Shown one piece after another: positions 50,523 to 60,806 of a stretch of 64,000 nt of DNA. The position numbers were made by a program, and so were the translations under genes. How positions within the stretch are numbered: the stretch's first letter is position 1; each line of letters starts with the position of its first letter. The notes under the pieces are model-generated. The model was not told the origin of the DNA. It was given only the letters and a program-made list of their open reading frames with translations, and did no database searches. Origin of the DNA: an uncultured Spirochaetota bacterium (GTDB lineage Bacteria > Spirochaetota > Brevinematia > Brevinematales > JAOACQ01); the NCBI GenBank assembly GCA_963783575.1, contig CAWAOD010000005.1, positions 320,001-384,000 of the forward strand, read 5' to 3'.

Positions 50523-51039
50523 ATGATACTTCCCAAAATCCGTGATAAAAGATTTATCACAGTTCGTCGTGGTGGCGTGTTATTGGACGAAGACCATCAT
50601 CTATTGGCGATTTGGACAGCGCAATGTGCTCAGCATGTATTGCACTATTTTGAAGAAGTTCGTCCAAATGATGACCGTCCACTTCGTGCAATTGAATTAA
50701 CTCATGCATGGGGTAAATGGAGAAATTACAGTGAGACAAGCCCTGGATGCCGCAGGTGCATCAAATGCGGCAGCAAGAGAATTGTCCGGTGCAGCAAAAT
50801 ATGCGGCTTTATCCGCTGGCCAGGCTATTGCTGTAGCTCATGTTGCTGCACATGAATTGGGTGCAGCTGCCTACGCAATCAGGGCCGTAATGGCTGCATC
50901 TTCAGAAGATAAAAAGGATTTTGTTAAATATCAGGAATGTCAATGGCAACGAGACAGGCTTCCGGAAAAAATTCGTGATCTTGTTATTGACGATCAACGA
51001 TTGCGAAATGATATATGCTGGTTTGTTTTTAATTGTTAA
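50523..51039 (+). pseudogene. Imm5-like putative immunity protein, +1 frameshift at the G4 tract 50710-50713
   Basis: MILPKIRDKRFITVRRGG...DDRPLRAIE...HAW joins VNGEI...AGQAIAVAHVAAHELGAAAYA...ECQWQRDRLP. Confidence 0.75.
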
Positions 51040-51087
51040 AATGAAAACTATGAAGAGATTGATATTGATGGATTAATGAACAAAAGC

Positions 51088-51128
51088 AACCTTCTTTCTT
51101 GCCTTCAAGAAAAAGGTATGAAAGCCAT
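51088..51128 (+). repeat. Fragment of element X (internal hairpin)
   Basis: ACCTTCTTTCTTGCCTTCAAGAAAAAGGTATGAAAGCCA resembles ACCTTCTTCCTTGCCATCAAGAAAGAAGGTGTGAAAGCCA at about 45714-45753. Confidence 0.7.
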
Positions 51129-51147
51129 ATGCCGCGGCTTTGCGGCA

Positions 51148-52509
51148 TCATGCGGTTCCGCCGTACTTCTTCCAATTCCTTCTTGTAAAATAAAGCATCA
51201 ATGCTATAACCGGAATAAGCGCCAGCGCCCACCAGCTTAATTTAAAAACCTGAAGAAGCCAGTAACGGAAGAGGTTTCCCCCGTCAATAAAGCTTGTAAT
51301 TACACCGTCATAACCCTCAAACTTGAAATTTATCTTTTGAGCGATCGATGTAAAGAACCCCGCCAGCTGAGAAGCGGCATAGAGTTTTCCGATTATTATT
51401 GGAATCCCGATAAGGAAACCCCGAATCACATCGCCTTTAACCGCAACCATCACAAGAGCCATCATTCCGACAATATTGGGGAGATCTCCAAGTGGTATGA
51501 ATTTTATTCCGGGAAGTATAAAGGCAAGGATCAATGCCACCGGGATCAATAGAAAAGCGGTAACCACAATGGATGAGTTGCCTACGATTACTGCGACGTC
51601 AAGTCCTATTGAATAGCCGGCCATATCCGGAAAATATTTTTTTAGGAAATTCTTCATTCCTTCTGAAAATATCATTAAACCGGCTGACAGGACACCCGAC
51701 ATCAAAGGCAGGATATAAACCACAGCCGCCATGCTGAAAGCCAGTTCAAGGATTTCACGAATCCGATACCTGGCACCTATACCGAGTAATGTACCGATTA
51801 TGAATCCTATTATCATCGGTTCTCCAAGAATTCCGATTTTCTTTTTTATATTGTCAGGATTTGCTTTTAGTTTATTTATGAATGGAATTTTAGCAATTGC
51901 TTTATCTCCAATTACTCCAACTGGATAGTAAACCGCTGCCGATAGCGTTGAAATGGCAATTCCGGGCAGGCCTGAAAATTTGTTCACAAACGGTGCGCTC
52001 CAGTCTGCGAGCTTAAGGGTCACAATCGATGCGATAACTGCGGCGGCTATCGATAAATAAATATTGCCGGTTGCTTCCTGAACAAGCGCTCCCATAATTA
52101 TAAAATGCCAGTAGTTCCAGATGTCTATGTTTACGATTTTAGTCCATTTAAAAAAAAGCATGGCAAAATTTACCGCCAGGAGAAGAACAAGTAACAACGG
52201 CGCAAGTCCATATGACCAGGTGATTGCGGCAAGCGGAGGCCAGCCGACATCCAGCACATTGAGGTGAAGGCCGGTCTGTGAAATCAGTGATTTTACAGCC
52301 GGGCCGATGCTTTTAACAAAAAAGCCGAATATAACAAAAATCCCGATAAACCCGATTCCGATTGTAAGAGATGATTTGATTGCCTGTGTTAATTTGATCT
52401 TGAAAGTAAGAGAAAAAATGAATATTATCAGGGGTAGCATCACATACGCTTTGAAACTCAGGATATAATTTATGGCTTCGCTAATTATATGCATTAGGAA
52501 CTCCGGCAA
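51148..52509 (-). CDS. PTS galactitol-family IIC component
   Basis: DVGWP, NIDIWNYWH, GEPMIIG, IGLD and PLGDL motifs of the GatC family; start uncertain. Confidence 0.88.
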   Translation of the reverse strand: MPEFLMHIISEAINYILSFKAYVMLPLIIFIFSLTFKIKLTQAIKSSLTIGIGFIGIFVIFGFFVKSIGPAVKSLISQTGLHLNVLDVGWPPLAAITWSYGLAPLLLVLLLAVNFAMLFFKWTKIVNIDIWNYWHFIIMGALVQEATGNIYLSIAAAVIASIVTLKLADWSAPFVNKFSGLPGIAISTLSAAVYYPVGVIGDKAIAKIPFINKLKANPDNIKKKIGILGEPMIIGFIIGTLLGIGARYRIREILELAFSMAAVVYILPLMSGVLSAGLMIFSEGMKNFLKKYFPDMAGYSIGLDVAVIVGNSSIVVTAFLLIPVALILAFILPGIKFIPLGDLPNIVGMMALVMVAVKGDVIRGFLIGIPIIIGKLYAASQLAGFFTSIAQKINFKFEGYDGVITSFIDGGNLFRYWLLQVFKLSWWALALIPVIALMLYFTRRNWKKYGGTA

Positions 52510-52655
52510 TTGTATTAATTTGAAGAATTATCTTCAATATGAACATGATAGTTAATTATTGATTTAATTTCAAAGATTTGTTAAGATCATTAATCAGGTA
52601 AAAAGATTTCCTGACGTTAAAGGGTGAGCACTTTGTAACTTATTTAAGCAGGGTT

Positions 52656-53726
52656 TTGATGAATAAAAATCTGTTAAGTTATTATTTAAATTCAATCGAA
52701 CCTTATACTCCCGGTGAACAGCCAAGGAATAGCGATATTATTAAGCTGAATACAAACGAGAATCCCTATCCTCCTTCACCGAAAGTTCTGGAGGCTATCT
52801 CTGAGATCAAGAGTGAAAACTTGAGGCTTTATCCCGATCCGGAATGCCTTGAGCTGAGAGAAGTTATAGCTTATTGCTACCGGCTTCGTTACGACGAGGT
52901 TTTTATCGGGAACGGTTCGGATGAGATAATATCAATGGCATTTATGGCTTTTTTTAAAAAAAGGAAACCTATTTTGTTTTCTGATATAACATACAGTTTT
53001 TATAAAGTCTGCGCCTCACTTCTGGAAATTCCATATGAAATCGTTATACTTGATTCAGATTTCAATTTCATAATTGATCAATATAATAAGGATAATGACG
53101 GTATTATAATGGCAAATCCGAACGCTCCGACCGGCATGGAAATATCTCTTGATATTATCGAAGAAATTGTTAAATCAAATCCGGGACGGGTTGTTATTAT
53201 CGATGAAGCATATATGGGGTTCGGCGCGGTTTCAGCCGTTCCGCTGATCAAAAAATATCCGAATTTATTAATAATCCAGACATTATCGAAATCTCACTCA
53301 TTAGCGGGTATAAGGGTCGGATTTGCTCTCGGCGATAATTCCCTTATCGACGGACTATGGAAGGTTAAAAACTGCTTTAATTCATATACGGTTGATAGAA
53401 TTGCCCAGGCTTGCGCTAAAGCATCTTTGCTTGATTTTGATTATTTAAAAAATACCTCTGGGAAAATTATCGGAACCAGGGATTGGTCGATAAAAGCTTT
53501 GAAAGAAGCCGGTTTTAATGTATTAGATTCTAAAGCCAATTTTATCTTCACGGCCAATAATGCTGTCAGAGCTCCGGTAATTTTTGAATTTCTGAAGAAA
53601 GAAGGCATTCTTGTGAGACATTTTAATGATAAAAGAATAGAAAACTACCTCAGGATAAGTATAGGGCAGGATGAAGAAATGAATGCGTTGCTTGAGTCAT
53701 TAAAAAAGATTATTCCACAGAAATGA
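52656..53726 (+). CDS. hisC: Histidinol-phosphate aminotransferase
   Basis: KLNTNENPY, GNGSDE, NPNAPTG, DEAY and TLSKSHSLAGIRVG motifs. Confidence 0.95.
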   Translation: MMNKNLLSYYLNSIEPYTPGEQPRNSDIIKLNTNENPYPPSPKVLEAISEIKSENLRLYPDPECLELREVIAYCYRLRYDEVFIGNGSDEIISMAFMAFFKKRKPILFSDITYSFYKVCASLLEIPYEIVILDSDFNFIIDQYNKDNDGIIMANPNAPTGMEISLDIIEEIVKSNPGRVVIIDEAYMGFGAVSAVPLIKKYPNLLIIQTLSKSHSLAGIRVGFALGDNSLIDGLWKVKNCFNSYTVDRIAQACAKASLLDFDYLKNTSGKIIGTRDWSIKALKEAGFNVLDSKANFIFTANNAVRAPVIFEFLKKEGILVRHFNDKRIENYLRISIGQDEEMNALLESLKKIIPQK

Positions 53727-53780
53727 AGAACTGCCTGATTTAATAAATTTCTTTAAAGGAGGCCTAAATTGGTTTATAGA

Positions 53781-54170
53781 ATGAATGAAGAATTGGTAAA
53801 TGCCGTTCTGGAATCTTTGCCGGTGGAAATAACCGTTATTGATGATAAAGACGAAGTGGTGGGATGGAATAAACATGAAAACAGGCTTTTCACAAGGCCT
53901 GCAACATCAATGGGGCTTAATTTCAGGAACTGTCATCCCCAGGAAAGTCTTCCGAAAGTTGAAATGATAGTCGGTGAAATGAAGGAAGGAAAACGCGACT
54001 CGGCAAGATTCTGGATTGATCTGCCAGTCGGGCCGGAAAAACATAAGATCCTGATCGAATTTTTTGCCATGCGCGGTTATGACGGTAAATATCTCGGCTG
54101 TATGGAATGTACAAGGGATATTGAAGATATTATTCACCTTGAAGGTGAAAGAAGACTGCTGGATGAATAA
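53781..54170 (+). CDS. Stand-alone PAS domain protein (PAS_10-like)
   Basis: LPVEITVIDDKD, NCHPQES and GKYLGCME motifs. Confidence 0.8.
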   Translation: MNEELVNAVLESLPVEITVIDDKDEVVGWNKHENRLFTRPATSMGLNFRNCHPQESLPKVEMIVGEMKEGKRDSARFWIDLPVGPEKHKILIEFFAMRGYDGKYLGCMECTRDIEDIIHLEGERRLLDE

Positions 54171-54202
54171 TGTAAATTAATTAAAATAAGGAGCTTGATT
54201 GA

Positions 54203-55267
54203 ATGCGGTTGGACCACATCGGCATCGAAGTGAATGACATTTATAAAATGGAGCTGTTCTATAAAAAAATGTTCGGTTTCATGGAAACTTATCGCTATAT
54301 AAGCATGAATCATCCGGGACTTCGAACGGTTTTTCTTGAAAAGGACGGGCTCAGGCTTGAGCTCCTTGAAAGGCCGGAGAATAAAGATTTATACAAGAAT
54401 TATAACCGGCCCTTTCATATTTCCATCGAGGTTGAAAATGTTGATTCGGAATTTAAGCGTTTGTCGGACCTTGGCGCAGAATCATTGAAGAAGCCCAGGG
54501 ATACAGGCGATGGTTACCGTGAGCTGGTTCTAAACGATCCTGAAGGCAATACGGTCGAGCTTGCCCGAAGGATTAAAAAGGAACCGGTTTACCCTGTAAA
54601 AGGAGTGATATTTGATCTTGACGGGACTTTGATAGACAGCGAAGAAATTTATTATGAATCCGACAGGATTCTTATGGCCGGATACGGGATTGATCTTTCC
54701 CGGGAAATGAAAAATAAGTATGTCGGGATTTCGGCAATTGAAATGATGAGTGAATTGAAAGAGATTTATAATTTACCTGATTCCGTTGATGAACTTGTCC
54801 GAAAGAAAAATGATTACTATTTAAAAATTGCGAAAAAAAAATCAATCATATTTCCCGAAATGTTAAAATTCCTTAAAATGATAAAAAATAGCGGTTTTCC
54901 GACAGCGGTGGCTTCCGGAACCTCTCAGACAATTCTGGACAGGCTTCTGATTGTGCTGGATTTGAAAAAGTACTTTGATGCGATAGTTTCCGCTGAGTCC
55001 GTTAATAAAGGAAAACCGGCACCGGATATCTTTCTGAAGACTGCAAAAGATCTTGGGATCGATCCGCAGTTTTTTGCCGTAGTCGAGGATTCTAGATATG
55101 GCGTTGAAGCAGCAGGAAGGGCTTTTATGCGCTGCATCGCAGTCCCGTACTTGCAGGTTAAACCCCTTCATGAGAGCTTTTTAACGGCAGGACTTCTTTT
55201 TGAAAACGGAATGACGGATTTTCAAGCCGAAAAAGCATTGGAATGGGTCAAGAACAGCGGATTATAA
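54203..55267 (+). CDS. VOC/glyoxalase domain fused to a HAD-IA phosphatase
   Basis: LDHIGIEV...FHISIEV...DPEGNTVEL, then FDLDGTLIDS, KPAPDIF and VEDS. Confidence 0.88.
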   Translation: MRLDHIGIEVNDIYKMELFYKKMFGFMETYRYISMNHPGLRTVFLEKDGLRLELLERPENKDLYKNYNRPFHISIEVENVDSEFKRLSDLGAESLKKPRDTGDGYRELVLNDPEGNTVELARRIKKEPVYPVKGVIFDLDGTLIDSEEIYYESDRILMAGYGIDLSREMKNKYVGISAIEMMSELKEIYNLPDSVDELVRKKNDYYLKIAKKKSIIFPEMLKFLKMIKNSGFPTAVASGTSQTILDRLLIVLDLKKYFDAIVSAESVNKGKPAPDIFLKTAKDLGIDPQFFAVVEDSRYGVEAAGRAFMRCIAVPYLQVKPLHESFLTAGLLFENGMTDFQAEKALEWVKNSGL

Positions 55268-55298
55268 AACAGGCACTTCTAATAACTCATTTTTAGAA
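55268..55298. repeat. Partial third copy of the GGCACTTCTAA hairpin repeat
   Basis: AACAGGCACTTCTAATAACTCATTTTTAGAA. Confidence 0.6.
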
Positions 55299-55310
55299 AA
55301 TGGAGAATTT

Positions 55311-56888
55311 GTGATAGAAATATTGCATGCCAAGGATGGAAATAAAACCTTAAAAAAGAACGGTATTTATCTTTTAAGTCCTTATCATCCCGGCTTGGAT
55401 GTAGAAAAATTTCTCGATAAACGATTCTCTTCTTCTGATAAGCAATTTTACATCCTTTTCGGCGGCGCATTGGGATATCTTCCTGAAGCATTATTGAAAA
55501 GAAGCATCAAACCGGAAGATATTTTTTTATTTGAACCCGAAAAGGAATTCGAGCCGGATTTTCAATACAGATTTTCCGGAATTAATATTATAAGCTATTC
55601 GGCAGCTTATTATCAGGAGTTTGAGAAACGGCTTTTATCCAAAAAAAAGCCGGTTATCCTAGCAATGGAATCCTTTAAAAAGGCTTACCCGGATTTATAT
55701 GATTGGTTTTCTAATTTTATTTCCCTGGAACTTAAAACGGCTGTTGAAAATCTGAAGGTGAGCGCTTATTTTTCAAAGGTTTGGTTTATTAATTTTATAA
55801 GGAATATGAGTAACGCAATATACGGTGAGCGATTCTATTCTTATGTTAAAAACGGCTTAAGTATTGATATGACTGTTATTGTTACCGCGGCAGGGCCTTC
55901 TTTAAACAAATACCTTGAAGATTTAAAAAAAAACAGGGATAATTTAATAATTCTTAGTGTTTTATCTTCAGCAGCGACATTGCTTAAAAGCGGAATCCGG
56001 CCGGATTTTGTGATCGTAAGTGATGCTGGAGTAAGTAACAGGCTTTACTCTTATAATCTTCCACAGGATATCCCTGTCTTTGCAAGCGTTTATGCCAGCA
56101 GTTCACTTATCTCCGTAATAAAAAACCCGATAATTTTTTACGATCTGGAACAGGAAATCGAAAATCCTTCTTTCCAGCTTAAGTATCCCTCGGTTACTAT
56201 TGACGCCGGATTAATAGCAAAAAGATTTTTTAAGGAAATATCCGTAAACAGAAATAATAAATCTAATATTGTTTTTTGCGGATTTGACCTTTCCCATTCC
56301 ATTAATTACGGAAGCCACAGCAGGTATAATGCTCTCATGGATTTGCGCGAAACAAAGTATAGTAGGTTGAATACAATAACGGGCGGTTTGAGCTCATTTA
56401 TGGCCGGGAAGGATTTGGTTCCCTCAGTAGTTCCGGGGTATTACACGGAATCTAGGTTTTTAATGGTCAAAAAACTCGCTGAAACCTGCTTTAAAGGCTG
56501 TTATTATCTTTCGGGCGGAAACCGCTTCAATGGATTGAAAGAAATAAGCTCATTATCTGATATCTTACAGGGCGGTGCCCATATTGATAAGGAAAAAGAA
56601 CTGGATAAAATAAGAAATAATTTTCAGGCGATAAAAAGCGGGAACTCATCAATTCCAGGTGTCATAAATAAAATAAAGATTAATCTTAAAGATAATATCA
56701 GTTTAAACAAAAACGATGTATCAAATGAGTATTCCGGAAATATAAATCAAAATATTTTCATAAGGGAAATTCTGTCAGAAATACCGGTTGATAAAATCGG
56801 CAGGTATTACCTGAATAAAATAAATAAAATAACGGCACATAAAGATTACAGCTCTTTTAACCATTCTTCCCAGGCTTCCGGCCGGTAA
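55311..56888 (+). CDS. MAF_flag10/MptE-like (DUF115) protein, possibly in flagellin glycosylation
   Basis: LLSPYHP, AAGPSL, GIRPDFVIVSD and VFCGFDLS motifs. Confidence 0.75.
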   Translation: MIEILHAKDGNKTLKKNGIYLLSPYHPGLDVEKFLDKRFSSSDKQFYILFGGALGYLPEALLKRSIKPEDIFLFEPEKEFEPDFQYRFSGINIISYSAAYYQEFEKRLLSKKKPVILAMESFKKAYPDLYDWFSNFISLELKTAVENLKVSAYFSKVWFINFIRNMSNAIYGERFYSYVKNGLSIDMTVIVTAAGPSLNKYLEDLKKNRDNLIILSVLSSAATLLKSGIRPDFVIVSDAGVSNRLYSYNLPQDIPVFASVYASSSLISVIKNPIIFYDLEQEIENPSFQLKYPSVTIDAGLIAKRFFKEISVNRNNKSNIVFCGFDLSHSINYGSHSRYNALMDLRETKYSRLNTITGGLSSFMAGKDLVPSVVPGYYTESRFLMVKKLAETCFKGCYYLSGGNRFNGLKEISSLSDILQGGAHIDKEKELDKIRNNFQAIKSGNSSIPGVINKIKINLKDNISLNKNDVSNEYSGNINQNIFIREILSEIPVDKIGRYYLNKINKITAHKDYSSFNHSSQASGR

Positions 56889-57187
56889 CCGGCCGTGGCT
56901 TTTCTCCCGTTTCTGACAACAGGCGTTTTAAAAAGCAGAGGATCGGTTAGCAATTCGGCTTCGATATCGAAAGCCATATATTTCAAATTCCGCTTCTGAA
57001 ATTCCTTTCCTTCCCTGTCGATAAGGTTTTCCAGACCGGCTGAATTTTTAACGCTTTCCAATTCTCCCTTTGACATATTCTTTTCATTTAAATCAATAAA
57101 CTGATACGCGATTCCGCGTTCTTTAAAAAACCTTTCGGCTTTTTGGGTGTCCCTGCATTTTCTGGTTCCGAAAATCTGGATATTCAT
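56846..57187 (-). CDS. ArsC/Spx family protein
   Basis: MNIQIFGTRKCRDTQKAERFFKER and LFKTPVVRNG motifs. Confidence 0.85.
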   Translation of the reverse strand: MNIQIFGTRKCRDTQKAERFFKERGIAYQFIDLNEKNMSKGELESVKNSAGLENLIDREGKEFQKRNLKYMAFDIEAELLTDPLLFKTPVVRNGRKATAGYRPEAWEEWLKEL

Positions 57188-57204
57188 GCTTATTTCCTGT
57201 TAGA

Positions 57205-58520
57205 TTATTTATTTATATTTTCCAAAAATATACATTCTTTAATTACTTTTAAATTTACCAGCAATAAATTAATAATGAGCATTGAAATCGGAACGTCGGC
57301 AAAAATATAAAACATTCCTATATATTTTACAAGTATTCCCCCGATAAGATAGCCGGCAGGTACTAAAAAAGCGGTAACCATGCCATTCAAGCCCCAAAAC
57401 CTGCCCCTGTATTCATCGGATGTGAATTGCTGCATTAATAAATTGGTAGTAACAAAAAAGCTTGTCAAACCGATACCAAGAATAATTCCCCCAAACATAA
57501 AGATGTAAGTCATATTCCAATTGCTGATATTTGACTGTACCTGCGGAAACAGAGCGAGAGAAACCAGCATTTCACATAAACTGTACGATAACAGGCTCAG
57601 GAAAATAATTTTTCTAATTTTAAATCGATTGACAAACCCCGAGCAATAACCGATCCGATAACAAGCCCTATCCAGCCGCCGCTCAACGCCAGCGCTAATT
57701 GAAGCGGCGCGGACTTTAGAATTACATTGAACAGGTATGGGATATAGACCGAAATTGTCGGTTGTATAATAAATGATGTCAATGCTCCTGTCAGCAGCAG
57801 GTTAAAAACTAAGGCATTGTTTTTCACGTAAACAAAGCCTTCGAATAATTCTTTAAATACTTTTTTTGTTTCTTTTAATAAAGATACACTTTTTGCATTG
57901 AATGCCCTGATAAATGGTAAAGTGATATTATTCTCTAAAACAGCGGAGACAAAATATGATACGGCATTAATCATAAATAAAACAAACACACCGGTCAGGT
58001 TGTATAATGCACCGCTTATTATGAATCCTGTTGCCGCACAAAAAGTAAAAACAAACTGGCTCATAGATATAGCTTCTGCCAGCTGCTCTTTTTCAGCAAT
58101 ATTCGGAAGAATTGCTGTGGATGCAGGATTAAATACCGCTCCGCAGCTTCCCAGGAACATAGCGCTTATATAAAGTATCCATATCCGGAGCGTATGGTTA
58201 TAAAATAATATTGCGACCGTTAATACTACCAGACCCCTGATTATATCCATCCATACCATTATTAATTTTCTGTTGAATCTATCCGCAATAACACCGCCGA
58301 ACATTGAAACAAAAACAATAGACAGGTTATCTATCACTAAAAAAGAGGCCATTTTTAAACCTGATTTTGTTATATCGAGGATATACCAGCTTAATGCAAA
58401 CGCATAAATCTGGTCACCTAACTGTGAAATAACTTTACCTGAAAATAAAAGTTGAAAATTTCGATTTAGAAACACACTCCTTTGTTTTGACATACTTAAA
58501 TTATCAAAACCGTTTCCCAC
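57205..58520 (-). pseudogene. MFS transporter (DHA3/macrolide efflux-like), frameshifted at 57637-57640
   Basis: ISQLGD and GVIADRFNRK motifs; C-terminal EYRGRFWG lies in another frame; one indel in a G4 tract rejoins them. Confidence 0.8.
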
Positions 58521-58627
58521 CCTTTCCTCCTTTAATAATACTATATCATAAATAAGTCTATTACACAATTCATTCAACCGCAATCCATGTAATTCAAATA
58601 TTTTATAAAATTTAATAATTAAGAATA

Positions 58628-58656
58628 TTGACAAATAATATAAACCTATGTATGCT
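58628..58656 (+). promoter_or_regulatory. Putative sigma70 promoter of the hybrid kinase
   Basis: TTGACA-17nt-TATGCT. Confidence 0.5.
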
Positions 58657-58790
58657 TGAGATTGTTGGAATTTTAGCTGTATGGGGCTATATCCTTTAAC
58701 TGAAAATAAACATCGATGTTATAAAAGACATTCTTTAATAATCAATAACCGGTAATAAATATAAATTAATTGGTCATTAAGGAAATTTGA

Positions 58791-60707
58791 ATGAAACGGT
58801 TTAACTCTGATCTTGTTCAAAAGAATCTGGTTATTCAATTTATTATTATAATATTTTTCAGTATACTGTATTATTTTATATTCATTTTACTTTACAATAC
58901 AACAGGAAATATCATAGCGGCAATACCGTTGATATTTATAATTATATCCGGATGGTTTTCCGGTATAATTGGAGGAACTGTATCGGGGTTTATTTTTTTT
59001 ATAATAAACTTTATTCTCTTTTCGGTTATTAAAGGCTATTCTATTTCGGATAATTTAAATAATATTCCATATAATCTCTCTTTGCCGCTGACCGGAGCTA
59101 TAACTGGTCTGATAAAAGAGCTTCTTATAAAAACGTGGAAGCAATCCGAACAATTAAAACAGGTAAATAAAAATTTAGAAAATGATGTAATAATGAGAAA
59201 AAAGGCAGAAAAAGCGCTGGCAGAAGATAAGGAATATCTTTCGGCTGTTTTAAAAAACATTGGAGAAGGAGTAATTTTCGCAGATACCGGTATCAGGATA
59301 GCATTAATGAATGAAGCGGCGGAAAATCTTACTGGATGGAATAGGAATGGGGCTTATGGAATGCTTTTATCCGAAGTATTCAAAATTAAAGACAAAATAC
59401 TAAATGGCGTTGAACCGATCGAATTTCCCAACCAAGCTCAACTAATCTCTAAAAATGGGGCGGAAATTTCAATTATTCTGAGTGGAGCAGCGGTTTATGA
59501 TAAAGAAAAAAATATTCTTGGAACCGTATTAGTATTTAGAGATATTACTGAAAAAAAAATAATAGAGGACAAACTGGCAAAGGCTCAAAAACAGGAATCA
59601 ATCGGAATTCTTGCCGGCGGTATAGCCCATGATTTTAATAATCTGCTTACGGGTATTTTCGGTTTTATCGAATTGGCAAGAGAAGATTTACCTGAAGATT
59701 CGGAAGCCTTTCATTTGCTGGGTGATGCTATGAAAGTCTCTAATAAAGCAAAGGATTTGACCAGGCGTCTCCTAACATTTTCAAAGGGTGGCCTGCCTGT
59801 TAAGAAAACCGTTTCCATAAAAGAGATGATTAAATATAAATATCGTTATGTTTTAGCTGATGATAACATAAAGTGCAATTATGAAATACCGGATAATCTC
59901 TGGCTTTGCGATATAGATGAAGATCAGGTTAGACAGGCGATTGACAATATAATTATCAATGCCAGGCAGGCATCGCCTGAAGATGGTATTGTCACATTAA
60001 AGGCGGAAAATATAATAATCGGGCGGGACAGCGAGCTTCCTCTTGAAAATGGGCTATATGTAAAAATCTCAATTATCGATCATGGTATAGGAATTCCACC
60101 GGAAATCCAGAACTATATTTTCGATCCTTTCTTTACAACAAAACCTGAAGGTAACGGACTTGGTCTCACCGCGGCTTTTTCAATAATACAGAAGCATTCG
60201 GGTTTTCTGGATATGCAGTCGGAAAAAGGTAAAGGGACTGTTTTCAATATTTATCTACCTGTTGCTCATAATGAAGGAATAATTAAAGAAGTTACTTCAG
60301 ACGGATCTGACCAAAAAAATAAACAGCCGGGATATAGAAAAATTCTTGTCATGGATGATGAAAAATATATTCTAGATCTTACAAGTAAGCTATTGAATAA
60401 ATCCGGATATAGCGTTGAAGTTGCTCTAAATGGCCTGGAAGCTTATGATAAATATAAAAAAGCATTTGAATCAAATAATCCTTTCGATCTGGTTATCCTT
60501 GATTTGACTATGTCTTCCGGTCCCGGCGGCAAAGAAACTCTTGTAATGCTGGCAGGTATCGATCCCGGCGTTAAAGCCGTCGCTTCCAGCGGATATTCCG
60601 AAGATCCGGTTATGGCAGAGCCACATGCAAACGGTTTTATAGGTACTCTTCCGAAACCTTATACATATCCCGATTTGCATAAAATCCTTCAGAAATACTC
60701 TAAGTGA
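58791..60707 (+). CDS. Hybrid PAS sensor histidine kinase/response regulator
   Basis: TMs, PAS, AGGIAHDFNNLL, FDPFFTTK, GLGL; receiver motifs ILVMDDE and ILDLTM. Confidence 0.92.
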   Translation: MKRFNSDLVQKNLVIQFIIIIFFSILYYFIFILLYNTTGNIIAAIPLIFIIISGWFSGIIGGTVSGFIFFIINFILFSVIKGYSISDNLNNIPYNLSLPLTGAITGLIKELLIKTWKQSEQLKQVNKNLENDVIMRKKAEKALAEDKEYLSAVLKNIGEGVIFADTGIRIALMNEAAENLTGWNRNGAYGMLLSEVFKIKDKILNGVEPIEFPNQAQLISKNGAEISIILSGAAVYDKEKNILGTVLVFRDITEKKIIEDKLAKAQKQESIGILAGGIAHDFNNLLTGIFGFIELAREDLPEDSEAFHLLGDAMKVSNKAKDLTRRLLTFSKGGLPVKKTVSIKEMIKYKYRYVLADDNIKCNYEIPDNLWLCDIDEDQVRQAIDNIIINARQASPEDGIVTLKAENIIIGRDSELPLENGLYVKISIIDHGIGIPPEIQNYIFDPFFTTKPEGNGLGLTAAFSIIQKHSGFLDMQSEKGKGTVFNIYLPVAHNEGIIKEVTSDGSDQKNKQPGYRKILVMDDEKYILDLTSKLLNKSGYSVEVALNGLEAYDKYKKAFESNNPFDLVILDLTMSSGPGGKETLVMLAGIDPGVKAVASSGYSEDPVMAEPHANGFIGTLPKPYTYPDLHKILQKYSK

Positions 60708-60800
60708 GTCAGTCAGTCAGTTAGTCTGCTGGTTCGCTAGTTGTTTCATGCCAATAAGCTACTGACTAACGGACTAGCCGACTGGCTGGCTTTTGACTAA
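60704..60800. repeat. Inverted arrays of degenerate AGTC/GACT short repeats
   Basis: GAGTCAGTCAGTCAGTTAGTC... then ...ACTGACTAACGGACTAGCCGACTGG. Confidence 0.6.
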
Positions 60801-60806
60801 TATCAA

